Positions 41,890 to 49,284 of a stretch of 56,471 nucleotides of DNA are shown one piece after another. The DNA is taken from positions 241,866-298,336 of the forward strand of contig JARIGK010000004.1 in NCBI GenBank assembly GCA_029288895.1, read 5' to 3'. The notes beneath the pieces are model-generated. The model was given only the letters and a program-made list of their open reading frames with translations. It searched no databases and was not told the DNA's origin. The stretch's first letter is position 1; every line of letters begins with the position of its first letter. Source of the DNA: Candidatus Adlerbacteria bacterium (GTDB lineage: Bacteria; Patescibacteriota; Minisyncoccia; Phycocordibacterales; SBAW01). Made by a program: the position numbers and the translations under genes.

Positions 41890-43188
41890 ATGAAGATGTC
41901 TAATTTCCAACTCGCGGTTACCGGCATCTTTGTTGCGTGCATCGTGTTTGGCGTGATCGCCTTTTCGTTCTATACCGCACGCACCAACAGCATCGGCAAC
42001 GTAGAAATTTGGGGCACGCTCGACAGCGGTACCATGACGCAGATGATCAACTCGCTGAACGAGACCGACAAATCCTTCCAAGGGGTGTCGTACACGCAGC
42101 GCCCATCGTCGACGTTTATCACTGATGTTGTAAACGCCATGGCTGCGGGCACTGGTCCCGACTTAGTGCTTATCTCGCAAGATCAACTCAATGCCTTTTC
42201 GGGCAAGCTCCTCACTATTCCATATAGCGCAGTATCCCAGTCGTCTTACACGTCGAGCTATATCGGCGAAGCTCAGATCTTTTTGACACAGGGCGGCACG
42301 CAGGCGTTGCCGTTTGTCGTCAACCCGATGGTGCTCTACTTTAACCGCGATTTGTTATCGAGCGCAGGGCTGCCAAACCCGCCCAAATATTGGGATGATT
42401 TACTCACAGAGGCAGGGCAGCTCACGACCTTTGATGGCACGCACAACATCAAGCAAAGCGCGATAGCATTGGGCGCTTGGGACAACGTTGCATATGCCAA
42501 GCAGATCCTCTCGACGCTCTTTATGCAGGCAGGCGACAGTATCACCGGCTATACCAGCACTGGCGCGCTTGCGTCGACATTTGGCCAGACGCCAGCAGGT
42601 TCGACAGAAAACCCTTCAGCATCCGCCTTGCGCTTCTACACTGAGTTTGCAAACCCTTCCAAAGTAACCTACTCGTGGAATCGCTCGATGCCCAAATCGA
42701 CCGATGCGTTTGCTGCGGGCACCGCGGCGCTCTACGTGGGCTTTGCGGGCGACTATGCAGGGCTTGGCGCACGCAACCCTAACCTCCACATTGGTGTTGC
42801 AGTACTCCCGCAGATCAAAGGCAACAGCCTTTCGCTTACCTTTGGCCAGCTTACTGGTATAGCTATTCCACGCACAGCATTAAACCCCAACGGGGCCCTT
42901 ACTATTGCAGAAAAACTCTCGAGCCAAACAGGTATAGCTGCAGCGGTCACAGCGTTTGCGTTGCCGCCCGTGCGTACCGATGTCCCGTTCGACACATCGG
43001 GGGATGCCGTGCAGGCAGTCTTCTACCAGTCGGCGTTAATTTCGCGCGCATGGGTCGACCCCGACTACGCAAGCACCGATGTTATATTTAAACAGATGGT
43101 AGATGACGTCGTGAGCAATCGCGCATTGCCTGATGCTGCCGTACAAACCGCCTCGCAGTCGCTTGGCGCTCTAATGAAATCGCAATGA
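41890..43188 (+). CDS. extracellular solute-binding protein (ABC-type SBP fold), N-terminally anchored, orphan
   Basis: Start moved to ATG 41890 (MKMSNFQLAVTGIFVACIVFGVIAF). IWGT, AAGTGPDLVLIS, ALPFVVNPMVLYFNRDLLSSAGLPNPPKYWDDL. No permease or ATPase gene is nearby. Confidence 0.7.
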   Translation: MKMSNFQLAVTGIFVACIVFGVIAFSFYTARTNSIGNVEIWGTLDSGTMTQMINSLNETDKSFQGVSYTQRPSSTFITDVVNAMAAGTGPDLVLISQDQLNAFSGKLLTIPYSAVSQSSYTSSYIGEAQIFLTQGGTQALPFVVNPMVLYFNRDLLSSAGLPNPPKYWDDLLTEAGQLTTFDGTHNIKQSAIALGAWDNVAYAKQILSTLFMQAGDSITGYTSTGALASTFGQTPAGSTENPSASALRFYTEFANPSKVTYSWNRSMPKSTDAFAAGTAALYVGFAGDYAGLGARNPNLHIGVAVLPQIKGNSLSLTFGQLTGIAIPRTALNPNGALTIAEKLSSQTGIAAAVTAFALPPVRTDVPFDTSGDAVQAVFYQSALISRAWVDPDYASTDVIFKQMVDDVVSNRALPDAAVQTASQSLGALMKSQ

Positions 43189-43565
43189 GACACCTCAAAA
43201 AACTATTGTTTATAAGTGGAGCGCTCGCGGTGCCCTTTGTTGCAGGGGCACAAAACGCGGTTGGCTTTGACGACCCTCTCAAAGCAAAGACCATTTGCTC
43301 GGCGCTTAAAGCATTTCTCGATATCTTGATGACATTTGCTGTCCCTGTGGCAGTTGTCTTTTTGGTATATTCGGGCTTTTTGTTTGTGTGGGCACGCGGC
43401 AATCCAAAAGGGCTTGCGAAAGCAAAAACAAACCTGCTCTATGTCATCATTGGCATCGCACTGTTTATGGGTGCGTGGCTGTTGGGCCAGGTTGTTGCCA
43501 ACACGCTCAATACGCTCGCAACCGGCGCGGGGCAGCAAAACACCCTCATTGGCGAATGCAGATAG
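43185..43565 (+). CDS. VirB2/TrbC-like (CPR T4SS-pilin-type) small protein 1
   Basis: ATGA overlap with the SBP stop. Signal peptide ..PFVAGAQ, then two TM helices separated by a basic loop (VVFLVYSGFLFVWARGNPKGLAKAKTNLLYVIIGIALFMGAWLL). Confidence 0.65.
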   Translation: MRHLKKLLFISGALAVPFVAGAQNAVGFDDPLKAKTICSALKAFLDILMTFAVPVAVVFLVYSGFLFVWARGNPKGLAKAKTNLLYVIIGIALFMGAWLLGQVVANTLNTLATGAGQQNTLIGECR

Positions 43566-43572
43566 TCATCCT

Positions 43573-44052
43573 ATGAAGCGATTACAGACACTCCTTTTTA
43601 TCTCGATGCTCGCGCTTCCGTCGTTTGTGTATGCGCAGCGATCATTGGTTATTCCAAGCGATACACTTAAGTCAGTTGTTGCGCGCCTGCTCAACGTCAT
43701 GAACTCGCTCGTGTGGCCGCTTATTGGGCTAGCCATCCTCTTCTTTTTCTACGCGCTTGTTCAATACGTATATAAATCTGGCGATTCGAAGGCCCGCTCG
43801 CTTGGCCGCACACAAATTATTTGGAGCCTCATCGGCATATTTGTTATTTTCTCGCTCTGGGGGCTTGTAAACTTGATATCAATATTCCTTTTGGGGCAGA
43901 CGCCTCCTGGCGTAGGTTCAAACGGCGCTACCTATGCACCGCGCCCAGGGTACACATCAAACGGGTCGTTTGGCGAAAATGGTTCATTCCAGGGCACGAA
44001 CTACAGCCAACACGGCCAATACGAGCCTTCGGGTTCGTTCCAGCCCCAATAA
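43573..44052 (+). CDS. VirB2/TrbC-like pilin-type protein 2 with a Gly/Ser/Asn/Gln-rich tail
   Basis: Start moved to ATG 43573 (MKRLQTLLFISMLALPSFVYAQ). Two TM helices around a KSGDSKARSLGR loop. The C-terminal 50 aa are low complexity. Confidence 0.6.
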   Translation: MKRLQTLLFISMLALPSFVYAQRSLVIPSDTLKSVVARLLNVMNSLVWPLIGLAILFFFYALVQYVYKSGDSKARSLGRTQIIWSLIGIFVIFSLWGLVNLISIFLLGQTPPGVGSNGATYAPRPGYTSNGSFGENGSFQGTNYSQHGQYEPSGSFQPQ

Positions 44053-44112
44053 TCTATCCACATGGGCGCCTTGTGCAGGGTGAGGTGCTTGCTACACTGG
44101 AAGAGTACTTAC

Positions 44113-44118
44113 TATAAT
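44113..44118 (+). promoter_or_regulatory. -10 box TATAAT, 6 nt before ATG 44125
   Basis: TATAATtttactATG. Confidence 0.5.
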
Positions 44119-44124
44119 TTTACT

Positions 44125-44493
44125 ATGAAGAAGATTACCTCACTCGGTTTTACATTGCTTGCGCTTACTCCTTTTATGGCGTCAGCACAGAGCCTCAACA
44201 ATATCCTGACGCTTATCGGTGCTGTTGGCAGCATCATCAATCGCCTTATCCCGATTATGGTTGGTCTTGCCATACTCGTGTTCTTCTGGGGCCTCGTTAA
44301 ATACATCAACACGGGTGGCGGTAAAGGTCTTTCAGATGGCAAAAACATCATGATCGCAGGCCTCGTATCATTCTTCATCATGGTGTCGCTCTACGGCATC
44401 GTAAACTTTGCAGGCTCGGCAATTGGTATCAACCAAAACGGCGTGGGTAACGCACAGCGCCCGAACGCACCGGCAATCCCTCCGCAGATCTAA
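44125..44493 (+). CDS. VirB2/TrbC-like pilin-type protein 3
   Basis: Start moved to ATG 44125 (MKKITSLGFTLLALTPFMASAQ). IPIMVGLAILVFFWGLVKYINTGGGKGLSDGKNIMIAGLVSFFIMVSLYGIV. Confidence 0.65.
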   Translation: MKKITSLGFTLLALTPFMASAQSLNNILTLIGAVGSIINRLIPIMVGLAILVFFWGLVKYINTGGGKGLSDGKNIMIAGLVSFFIMVSLYGIVNFAGSAIGINQNGVGNAQRPNAPAIPPQI

Positions 44494-44511
44494 TACCCGA
44501 GGGGTTTGCTC

Positions 44512-44802
44512 ATGGATCAAAGTAAGCTTAAAGCTACTGTTAACCTTCTCAACTCGATAGTGGTCAACCCGCTCCTGGCACTTTTGTTTGGAGCGGGTTT
44601 GATCGTATTCCTGTTTGGTATGGCCGAGTTTTTCTTTAACCTTGATGTGCGCGGCGACCTCCACGCAAAAGAAAGTGGCCGCAACCACATGATCTGGGGC
44701 CTCGTTGGAATGTTTATTATGGTGTGCGCGTGGTCTATCGTCCAAGTTATCGCAGGTACCGTAGGGAACCCGCTTCCTAACCTCAATACTCCACCGACAT
44801 GA
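44512..44802 (+). CDS. pilin-type paralog 4, lacking a recognisable cleavable signal peptide
   Basis: SD GAGGGG lies 8 nt before ATG 44512. LLALLFGAGLIVFLFGMAEFFFN..RNHMIWGLVGMFIMVCAWSIV has the same two-helix core. Confidence 0.55.
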   Translation: MDQSKLKATVNLLNSIVVNPLLALLFGAGLIVFLFGMAEFFFNLDVRGDLHAKESGRNHMIWGLVGMFIMVCAWSIVQVIAGTVGNPLPNLNTPPT

Positions 44803-44807
44803 TCTAG

Positions 44808-44889
44808 TGCTGGGGAGAGGACTTGAACCTCCATCCCTTGCGGGACCAGTTCCTAAGACTGGCGCGTATACCAATTCCGCCACCCCAGC
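44808..44889 (-). tRNA. tRNA-Leu(UAG), no encoded CCA
   Basis: The minus strand reads GCTGGGG..CCAGT-CTTAGGA-ACTGG..long variable arm..GGAGG-TTCAAGT-CCTCT-CCCCAGC-A. Confidence 0.9.
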
Positions 44890-44905
44890 ATATTTTCTTA
44901 TTCTG

Positions 44906-44978
44906 TGCGCCCACGAGGGCTCGAACCTCGGACCATCTCCTTAAGAGGGAGTTGCTCTACCAACTGAGCTATGGGCGC
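44906..44978 (-). tRNA. tRNA-Lys(CUU), no encoded CCA
   Basis: The minus strand reads GCGCCCA..anticodon loop CTCTTAA..CGAGG-TTCGAGC-CCTCG-TGGGCGC-A. Confidence 0.9.
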
Positions 44979-45007
44979 GTAAAAATTAAGATACCATATT
45001 TTTGCGA

Positions 45008-45865
45008 TTAAAAAAGCCTTCCGCGGGCCACTCTCCACAGGGCTGGCGGGTAGGAGATATACGAAATACCAAACTTGGCTTTAAAGTTCGAAAAGCCTTT
45101 CCAGGTATCTGGTTCGCCTTTGTGCCAAAAGAGGCCAAAGTGCAAGAAGCGGATCCCGCGGGCCAGGCTCTTCTCGTGCCAATGGTCCATCAAGCCAACC
45201 ATCGCTGGCACATGTTCGTGGAGGGGCGCAATAAAGCCAGCGAGATAGTGCGAGCCATGGCACTGTGTCGAATTTACAGTCACCATCGCTGCAGCCACTT
45301 CGTTTGTGTGTATGTGCCGCGCTGCGATGATGGTGAGGTCGGCGCCGGCTTTCTGCTTGCGTTCGATAATCCCTCTATAAAGTTTTTTGATATACGGCTG
45401 TATGGTGCTGTGCGCGTATGCTTTGATAAAGTCTTCTACAGAAATTTCTTCAACGCGATAGTCTTTCCCAAGATACTGTTCGTGCCATTTGCGGCGAGAG
45501 CGTCGTGCCGACTCCGACCATGCTTTCCAATACGCATCTTTCAACTCGGATATTCCTTCGAGCCGCGGCGGGCGTTGCGTAAGAACGCGCCAACCAGGTG
45601 GCACTGTCTTTTCAAAAACACGCTGCCAGATAATCATCCGATTTGGGGAAATGCCATCGGGGTCCGAGTCAGTCATGACTGGTTCTTTGTCGCTGACGTA
45701 TTCTTCTATGACGATGGGCCAAAAGCGGCGGTATGAACCGAGCGGGTCTTTGCCCGTTGTGCGTGGCGCTAAAAAAGGAGGTATGTCAGTCGAAAGTTTG
45801 TACTCAGGCCATTGCTGGGGAGGTACAAAACCGGGAGGTGCTTTCTCTAACGTTTCTCCATCCAT
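45008..45865 (-). CDS. FemAB/GNAT-fold (Acetyltransf_6-like) protein with a Pro-rich N-terminal region
   Basis: Start moved to ATG 45863..45865 (MDGETLEK), because the listed start overlaps tRNA-Leu. The C-terminal half (LTIIAARHIHTNEVAAAMVTV..GFIAPLHEHVPAMVGLMDHWHEKSLARGIRFLHFGLFWHKGEPDTWKGFSNFKAKFG) resembles the FemAB/CelD-type acyl/aminoacyl transferase C-terminus. Confidence 0.45.
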   Translation of the reverse strand: MDGETLEKAPPGFVPPQQWPEYKLSTDIPPFLAPRTTGKDPLGSYRRFWPIVIEEYVSDKEPVMTDSDPDGISPNRMIIWQRVFEKTVPPGWRVLTQRPPRLEGISELKDAYWKAWSESARRSRRKWHEQYLGKDYRVEEISVEDFIKAYAHSTIQPYIKKLYRGIIERKQKAGADLTIIAARHIHTNEVAAAMVTVNSTQCHGSHYLAGFIAPLHEHVPAMVGLMDHWHEKSLARGIRFLHFGLFWHKGEPDTWKGFSNFKAKFGISYISYPPALWRVARGRLF

Positions 45866-45952
45866 GGTGCCGGGGGTGGGACTCGAACCCACACGGCCTG
45901 TTACGGCCTGGGGATTTTAAGTCCCCTATGTCTACCATTCCATCACCCCGGC
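45865..45952 (-). tRNA. tRNA-Leu(UAA), long variable arm, CCA encoded
   Basis: The minus strand reads GCCGGGG..GGGGA-CTTAAAA-TCCCC..variable arm..GTGGG-TTCGAGT-CCCAC-CCCCGGC-A-CCA. The last A of the CCA is the A of the downstream ATG. Confidence 0.92.
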
Positions 45953-45965
45953 GAACGAAATCATT

Positions 45966-46730
45966 CTAACTCGTCTGTTCGTCGTATGCTATTGCGCCGC
46001 GACATTCGCCGTGCGTGGGTATGGTGTGCCATACCACCACCTCGCCATCCTGCAGCGCATGCATTTCCTCAAATGTGCGTAACGGTCTCGTCTTAGAAAA
46101 GGTTCGTGTATGGCGGCTTGCTGGTGTGCCAGGGAGCATGCCAAGCGTCTGCATCGTGCGTTCTATATACGCCGCGTGCGTACCCTCATCTTCTGATTCT
46201 GCGAGCACATAGGCACAGCCATATCGCGCCAGTGTTTTGAGGCCACGGTATGCTGGCTCGCGTATGGCTGCATCGATACCAAGCGCTGTGATGCACGCTG
46301 TGCCGCGCGCATCGATATCCTCCACGCTGGTGATATCATTCCATGCGCAATCAATCGCAATTTCGTTTTGGGCGCCGCTGTGCAGGTCGAGCCATAGGCC
46401 GGCGTGGCGCGCATATGTCTGCACAAGCGTGTATATCAACCGTTCCGTCGATGTGCCCCATGCGTGCCCAGGTATGCAGTACTTGGGGAACTTGCCATCG
46501 ATAGGGTTTGCGGACATGTGTGCCTCAAAGCCAGCGATATTTACAATAGGCACAATAATAAGGCGGCCATTAAAATCGCCATCACGAAACTTTTCTGCTG
46601 CTTCGTAGGCTGCGGCAATAGGCGCATACTCATCGCCGTCCATACCTGCGGTGATGAGCAGCGTTGTGCCAGGGCGCCCGTGGATATCGACTAGAGGGGG
46701 CGTGGGTGATGCGCGGAAGGGCCCAAACAT
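45966..46730 (-). CDS. succinylglutamate desuccinylase/aspartoacylase-like (M14-fold) protein with atypical metal-site residues
   Basis: LLITAGMDGDEYAP occupies the position of the G.HG.E zinc motif. IVPIVNIAGFEA and WLDLHSG are present. Confidence 0.55.
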   Translation of the reverse strand: MFGPFRASPTPPLVDIHGRPGTTLLITAGMDGDEYAPIAAAYEAAEKFRDGDFNGRLIIVPIVNIAGFEAHMSANPIDGKFPKYCIPGHAWGTSTERLIYTLVQTYARHAGLWLDLHSGAQNEIAIDCAWNDITSVEDIDARGTACITALGIDAAIREPAYRGLKTLARYGCAYVLAESEDEGTHAAYIERTMQTLGMLPGTPASRHTRTFSKTRPLRTFEEMHALQDGEVVVWHTIPTHGECRGAIAYDEQTS

Positions 46731-46736
46731 ACAAGC

Positions 46737-46745
46737 ACTTTAGCA
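46737..46745 (-). promoter_or_regulatory. extended -10 TGcTAAAGT, 6 nt before ATG 46730
   Basis: The minus strand reads TGcTAAAGTgcttgtATG. Confidence 0.5.
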
Positions 46746-46756
46746 TGGCGGCTGCA

Positions 46757-46765
46757 TGATAAAAT
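46757..46765 (+). promoter_or_regulatory. extended -10 TGaTAAAAT, 8 nt before ATG 46774
   Basis: TGaTAAAATgagcctacATG. Confidence 0.5.
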
Positions 46766-46773
46766 GAGCCTAC

Positions 46774-48276
46774 ATGGACGAGACACTGGCCGACCTTGCG
46801 GATGACCTGGATGAAATAGGGGCACTTGCAGAAGATGCGCTTGTAAAGCTCAGGCGCCACCGCGCATATCTTGAGAAGTCCCCATCTGTCTATTTTGAAG
46901 AGACTCGCACATTCATGCTCGAGAGAGTGCGTACTCTGGAGGCAGACTACGAAACGCTGCGAACAACCATACAAAAGGAAATCGAAAGCACGCCTCGCGG
47001 GGTGAGTGCGGATGCACAAAGACTTATCGCATTCAAAAAAAAGTCGGCCGACATGCTCCGCACGCTGCAAACATCGCTTGGCTCGGCACTTGCAGAAGGC
47101 GATTGGCAGTCACCCTCGTTTGCGCATACAGACGTCTCGCAAGCGGGTGTCGACGAAGGTCATATTATTCCAGGTGACAACGATTACCGCCGCGACGCGC
47201 ACAGTGTCGAGCGCAGCTTTGGCCGTGCGTTTTCTGCCGAATATATCAATCATCCGCTCCGTATCCCGCCGCATGTCAGTGTGACCAATAGCGGCATGGC
47301 TGCGATAACCGCGGCACTTACCTTGGCGGCGGGGAAGGTGCGCGACGGTGATGGTGTGTTGGCGGGCAAGTCGAGCTATTTCCAAAGCCGTTGGGTGCTC
47401 GAGAAATTATTCCCCGGCAAAGTCACCTATATTGATGAGTTTGATACAGAAGGCATCGTACGTTTTGTCGAAGAAAAAAAGCCCCGTGTTGTATTGTTCG
47501 ACACGCTCTGTAATGCGCCGGAAATTCCTGTGCTCGATGCCACGACACTGGTGCCGTTACTTGCAAAACATATGTCGCGCGACTCGACGCTCATACTCGA
47601 CAATACAGGCCTTGCAACATCATTTCAGCCGCTGAAATATCTGCCGCTAAATCCGCTTGGCATGCGCCTTATAGTCGTCGAGAGTTTGCTTAAATATCAC
47701 GAGTTTGGCATGGACCGCGTCACTGCTGGCGTTGTCTGGTCGCCGTTTGACCTGGCGCGCGAAGAGCCGTTTGTTGCGCGTATGCACGGCGGCACTATTG
47801 CGCCCGACGTGTCAGTCCATATGCTGCCTGGGCCCGACCGCGCACGGTTCGACAGGCGCCTTGCACGCTTGGCTCGCAATGCAGGGATACTGGCAGAGGC
47901 TATAGACACTGCAGCAAGGAACGGCAGCAATAAAGTGTCGCATGCTGTGTATCCAGGGCTGCCGTCCTACAGAGGGTATGCCTACACCAAAGACATGTCG
48001 TTTCATGGAGGGTTTCTAACGCTTGCGTTTAGGAAATCGTACGCATCGATTTCGCACTACGACCGTTTTGTTGCGCACGCGTTAAAGGAAGCAAAAACGC
48101 GCGGGCTCGACCTCGTTGGTGGTACAAGCTTTGGATTTAATACAACGCGCATTTCTGTCCCTGCGCGCTACAGCGGCGGTACAGCGGAGCCGTTTGTACG
48201 CATTGCTGCAGGGACTGAAACAAAACAAGAAATTGAGGCGCTCGCGAGTATGTTCGCAGATGTTGTATGCGGCTAA
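46774..48276 (+). CDS. PLP-dependent enzyme (Cys/Met-metabolism fold) with a ~150-aa helical N-terminal extension
   Basis: VTNSGMAAITAAL, VLFDTLCNAPEIPVLD, and the PLP-lysine context VVESLLKYHEFGMD (compare S.TKY.GGH). Confidence 0.55.
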   Translation: MDETLADLADDLDEIGALAEDALVKLRRHRAYLEKSPSVYFEETRTFMLERVRTLEADYETLRTTIQKEIESTPRGVSADAQRLIAFKKKSADMLRTLQTSLGSALAEGDWQSPSFAHTDVSQAGVDEGHIIPGDNDYRRDAHSVERSFGRAFSAEYINHPLRIPPHVSVTNSGMAAITAALTLAAGKVRDGDGVLAGKSSYFQSRWVLEKLFPGKVTYIDEFDTEGIVRFVEEKKPRVVLFDTLCNAPEIPVLDATTLVPLLAKHMSRDSTLILDNTGLATSFQPLKYLPLNPLGMRLIVVESLLKYHEFGMDRVTAGVVWSPFDLAREEPFVARMHGGTIAPDVSVHMLPGPDRARFDRRLARLARNAGILAEAIDTAARNGSNKVSHAVYPGLPSYRGYAYTKDMSFHGGFLTLAFRKSYASISHYDRFVAHALKEAKTRGLDLVGGTSFGFNTTRISVPARYSGGTAEPFVRIAAGTETKQEIEALASMFADVVCG

Positions 48277-48866
48277 CACCACTGTGGAAGCGAGAAGTGT
48301 TTGCGTCGGCCAAAAATGGCAGCGTTGTCGTGCAGTGGCTCCTTGGTAAGCCGCGCATCTACGCTGGCGGTTCACAGCAGTCGGGCCCTTATGTTGCAGG
48401 GTTATGGAAGGATGCGGTAGGGCGGCTCCCACACGGTACAGAGGTTGCGTCGATATTAATGCTTGGGCTTGGTGGTGCGTGCGCATGGCCAATGCTTGAA
48501 GAATCATTTCCCAAGGCAGAGATAGTAGTTGTTGAGTGGGATGAAACAATGGTCTCCCTTGCGCGGCGATTCAAGCGCTGGAAGAAAGAGCCAGCGATTA
48601 TCGTAGGGGATGTGTGCGATGTGCTACCCACGCTCACGCAGCAATTTGACCTTATTTTAGACGACGCATTTTACGGCGCTTCGCCTGAGGCGCGGGTGGG
48701 TACGGGCGAGGCACTCGATGCGCTTGCGGCTGCACTGCACGACAAAGGTCATTGCATCATAAACGTGTCAGAGAATATGGCGCTTAGAGACACAGTTGCA
48801 ACCAAACTTACGCACGAGGCGACGTGGATGTATCGCGAAAATAACGTTGCGATGTTTACGCACTAA
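48267..48866 (+). CDS. spermidine-synthase-like class I methyltransferase-fold protein
   Basis: ILMLGLGGACAWPML, IVVVEWDETMVSLARRF, IVGDVCDVL, FDLILDDAF. Overlaps the upstream gene by 10 nt. Confidence 0.6.
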   Translation: MRLTPLWKREVFASAKNGSVVVQWLLGKPRIYAGGSQQSGPYVAGLWKDAVGRLPHGTEVASILMLGLGGACAWPMLEESFPKAEIVVVEWDETMVSLARRFKRWKKEPAIIVGDVCDVLPTLTQQFDLILDDAFYGASPEARVGTGEALDALAAALHDKGHCIINVSENMALRDTVATKLTHEATWMYRENNVAMFTH

Positions 48867-48867
48867 C

Positions 48868-48942
48868 TGGAGGCCACGGCGGGAATCGCACCCGCGTATT
48901 CAGGATTTGCAGTCCCGTGCCTTACTACTTGGCGACGTGGCC
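48868..48942 (-). tRNA. tRNA-Cys(GCA), CCA encoded
   Basis: The minus strand reads GGCCACG..CGGGA-CTGCAAA-TCCTG..GCGGG-TGCGATT-CCCGC-CGTGGCC-T-CCA. Confidence 0.9.
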
Positions 48943-48962
48943 GAACAATCACTACTGTAGCG

Positions 48963-49283
48963 TTAACTCGACAGTTCGTCGAGGCGCTGGCGGTTCTTTT
49001 CGCCGCGGTCGATCTTAAATTCGAAGTGGGGAGGGAAGATGCCGCGGATGCGGGTGCGGAAAAACTCTGCCAATTCGCGGCGGTTGCGGTTAGCAAAGTT
49101 GAGCGCGGTCTGCTCTGCCGTTTCAGGCAAGACAGAAATGTAGATGCTTGCACGGCGTGCATCGTTTGAAAGCCACACTTGTGTGACGGTAATAAGAGAC
49201 TGGGGCCCGGCTTCTTTTGCCAAAAACTCAGCCGCAACTTCGCGGACCGCCTGCTGTACTTTTTCTGCGCGATTTCCTTCCAT
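48963..49283 (-). CDS. rbfA: ribosome-binding factor A
   Basis: RAEKVQQAVREVAAEFL..LITVTQVWLSNDARRASIYISV. Confidence 0.85.
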   Translation of the reverse strand: MEGNRAEKVQQAVREVAAEFLAKEAGPQSLITVTQVWLSNDARRASIYISVLPETAEQTALNFANRNRRELAEFFRTRIRGIFPPHFEFKIDRGEKNRQRLDELSS

Positions 49284-49284
49284 A

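Noticed and set aside
44808-48942. A tRNA-flanked segment as an integrated mobile element or genomic island.
   Set aside because: I could see no integrase, recombinase or transposase and no direct repeats of tRNA 3' halves. The tRNAs are complete and on the same strand as a plausible processing unit.
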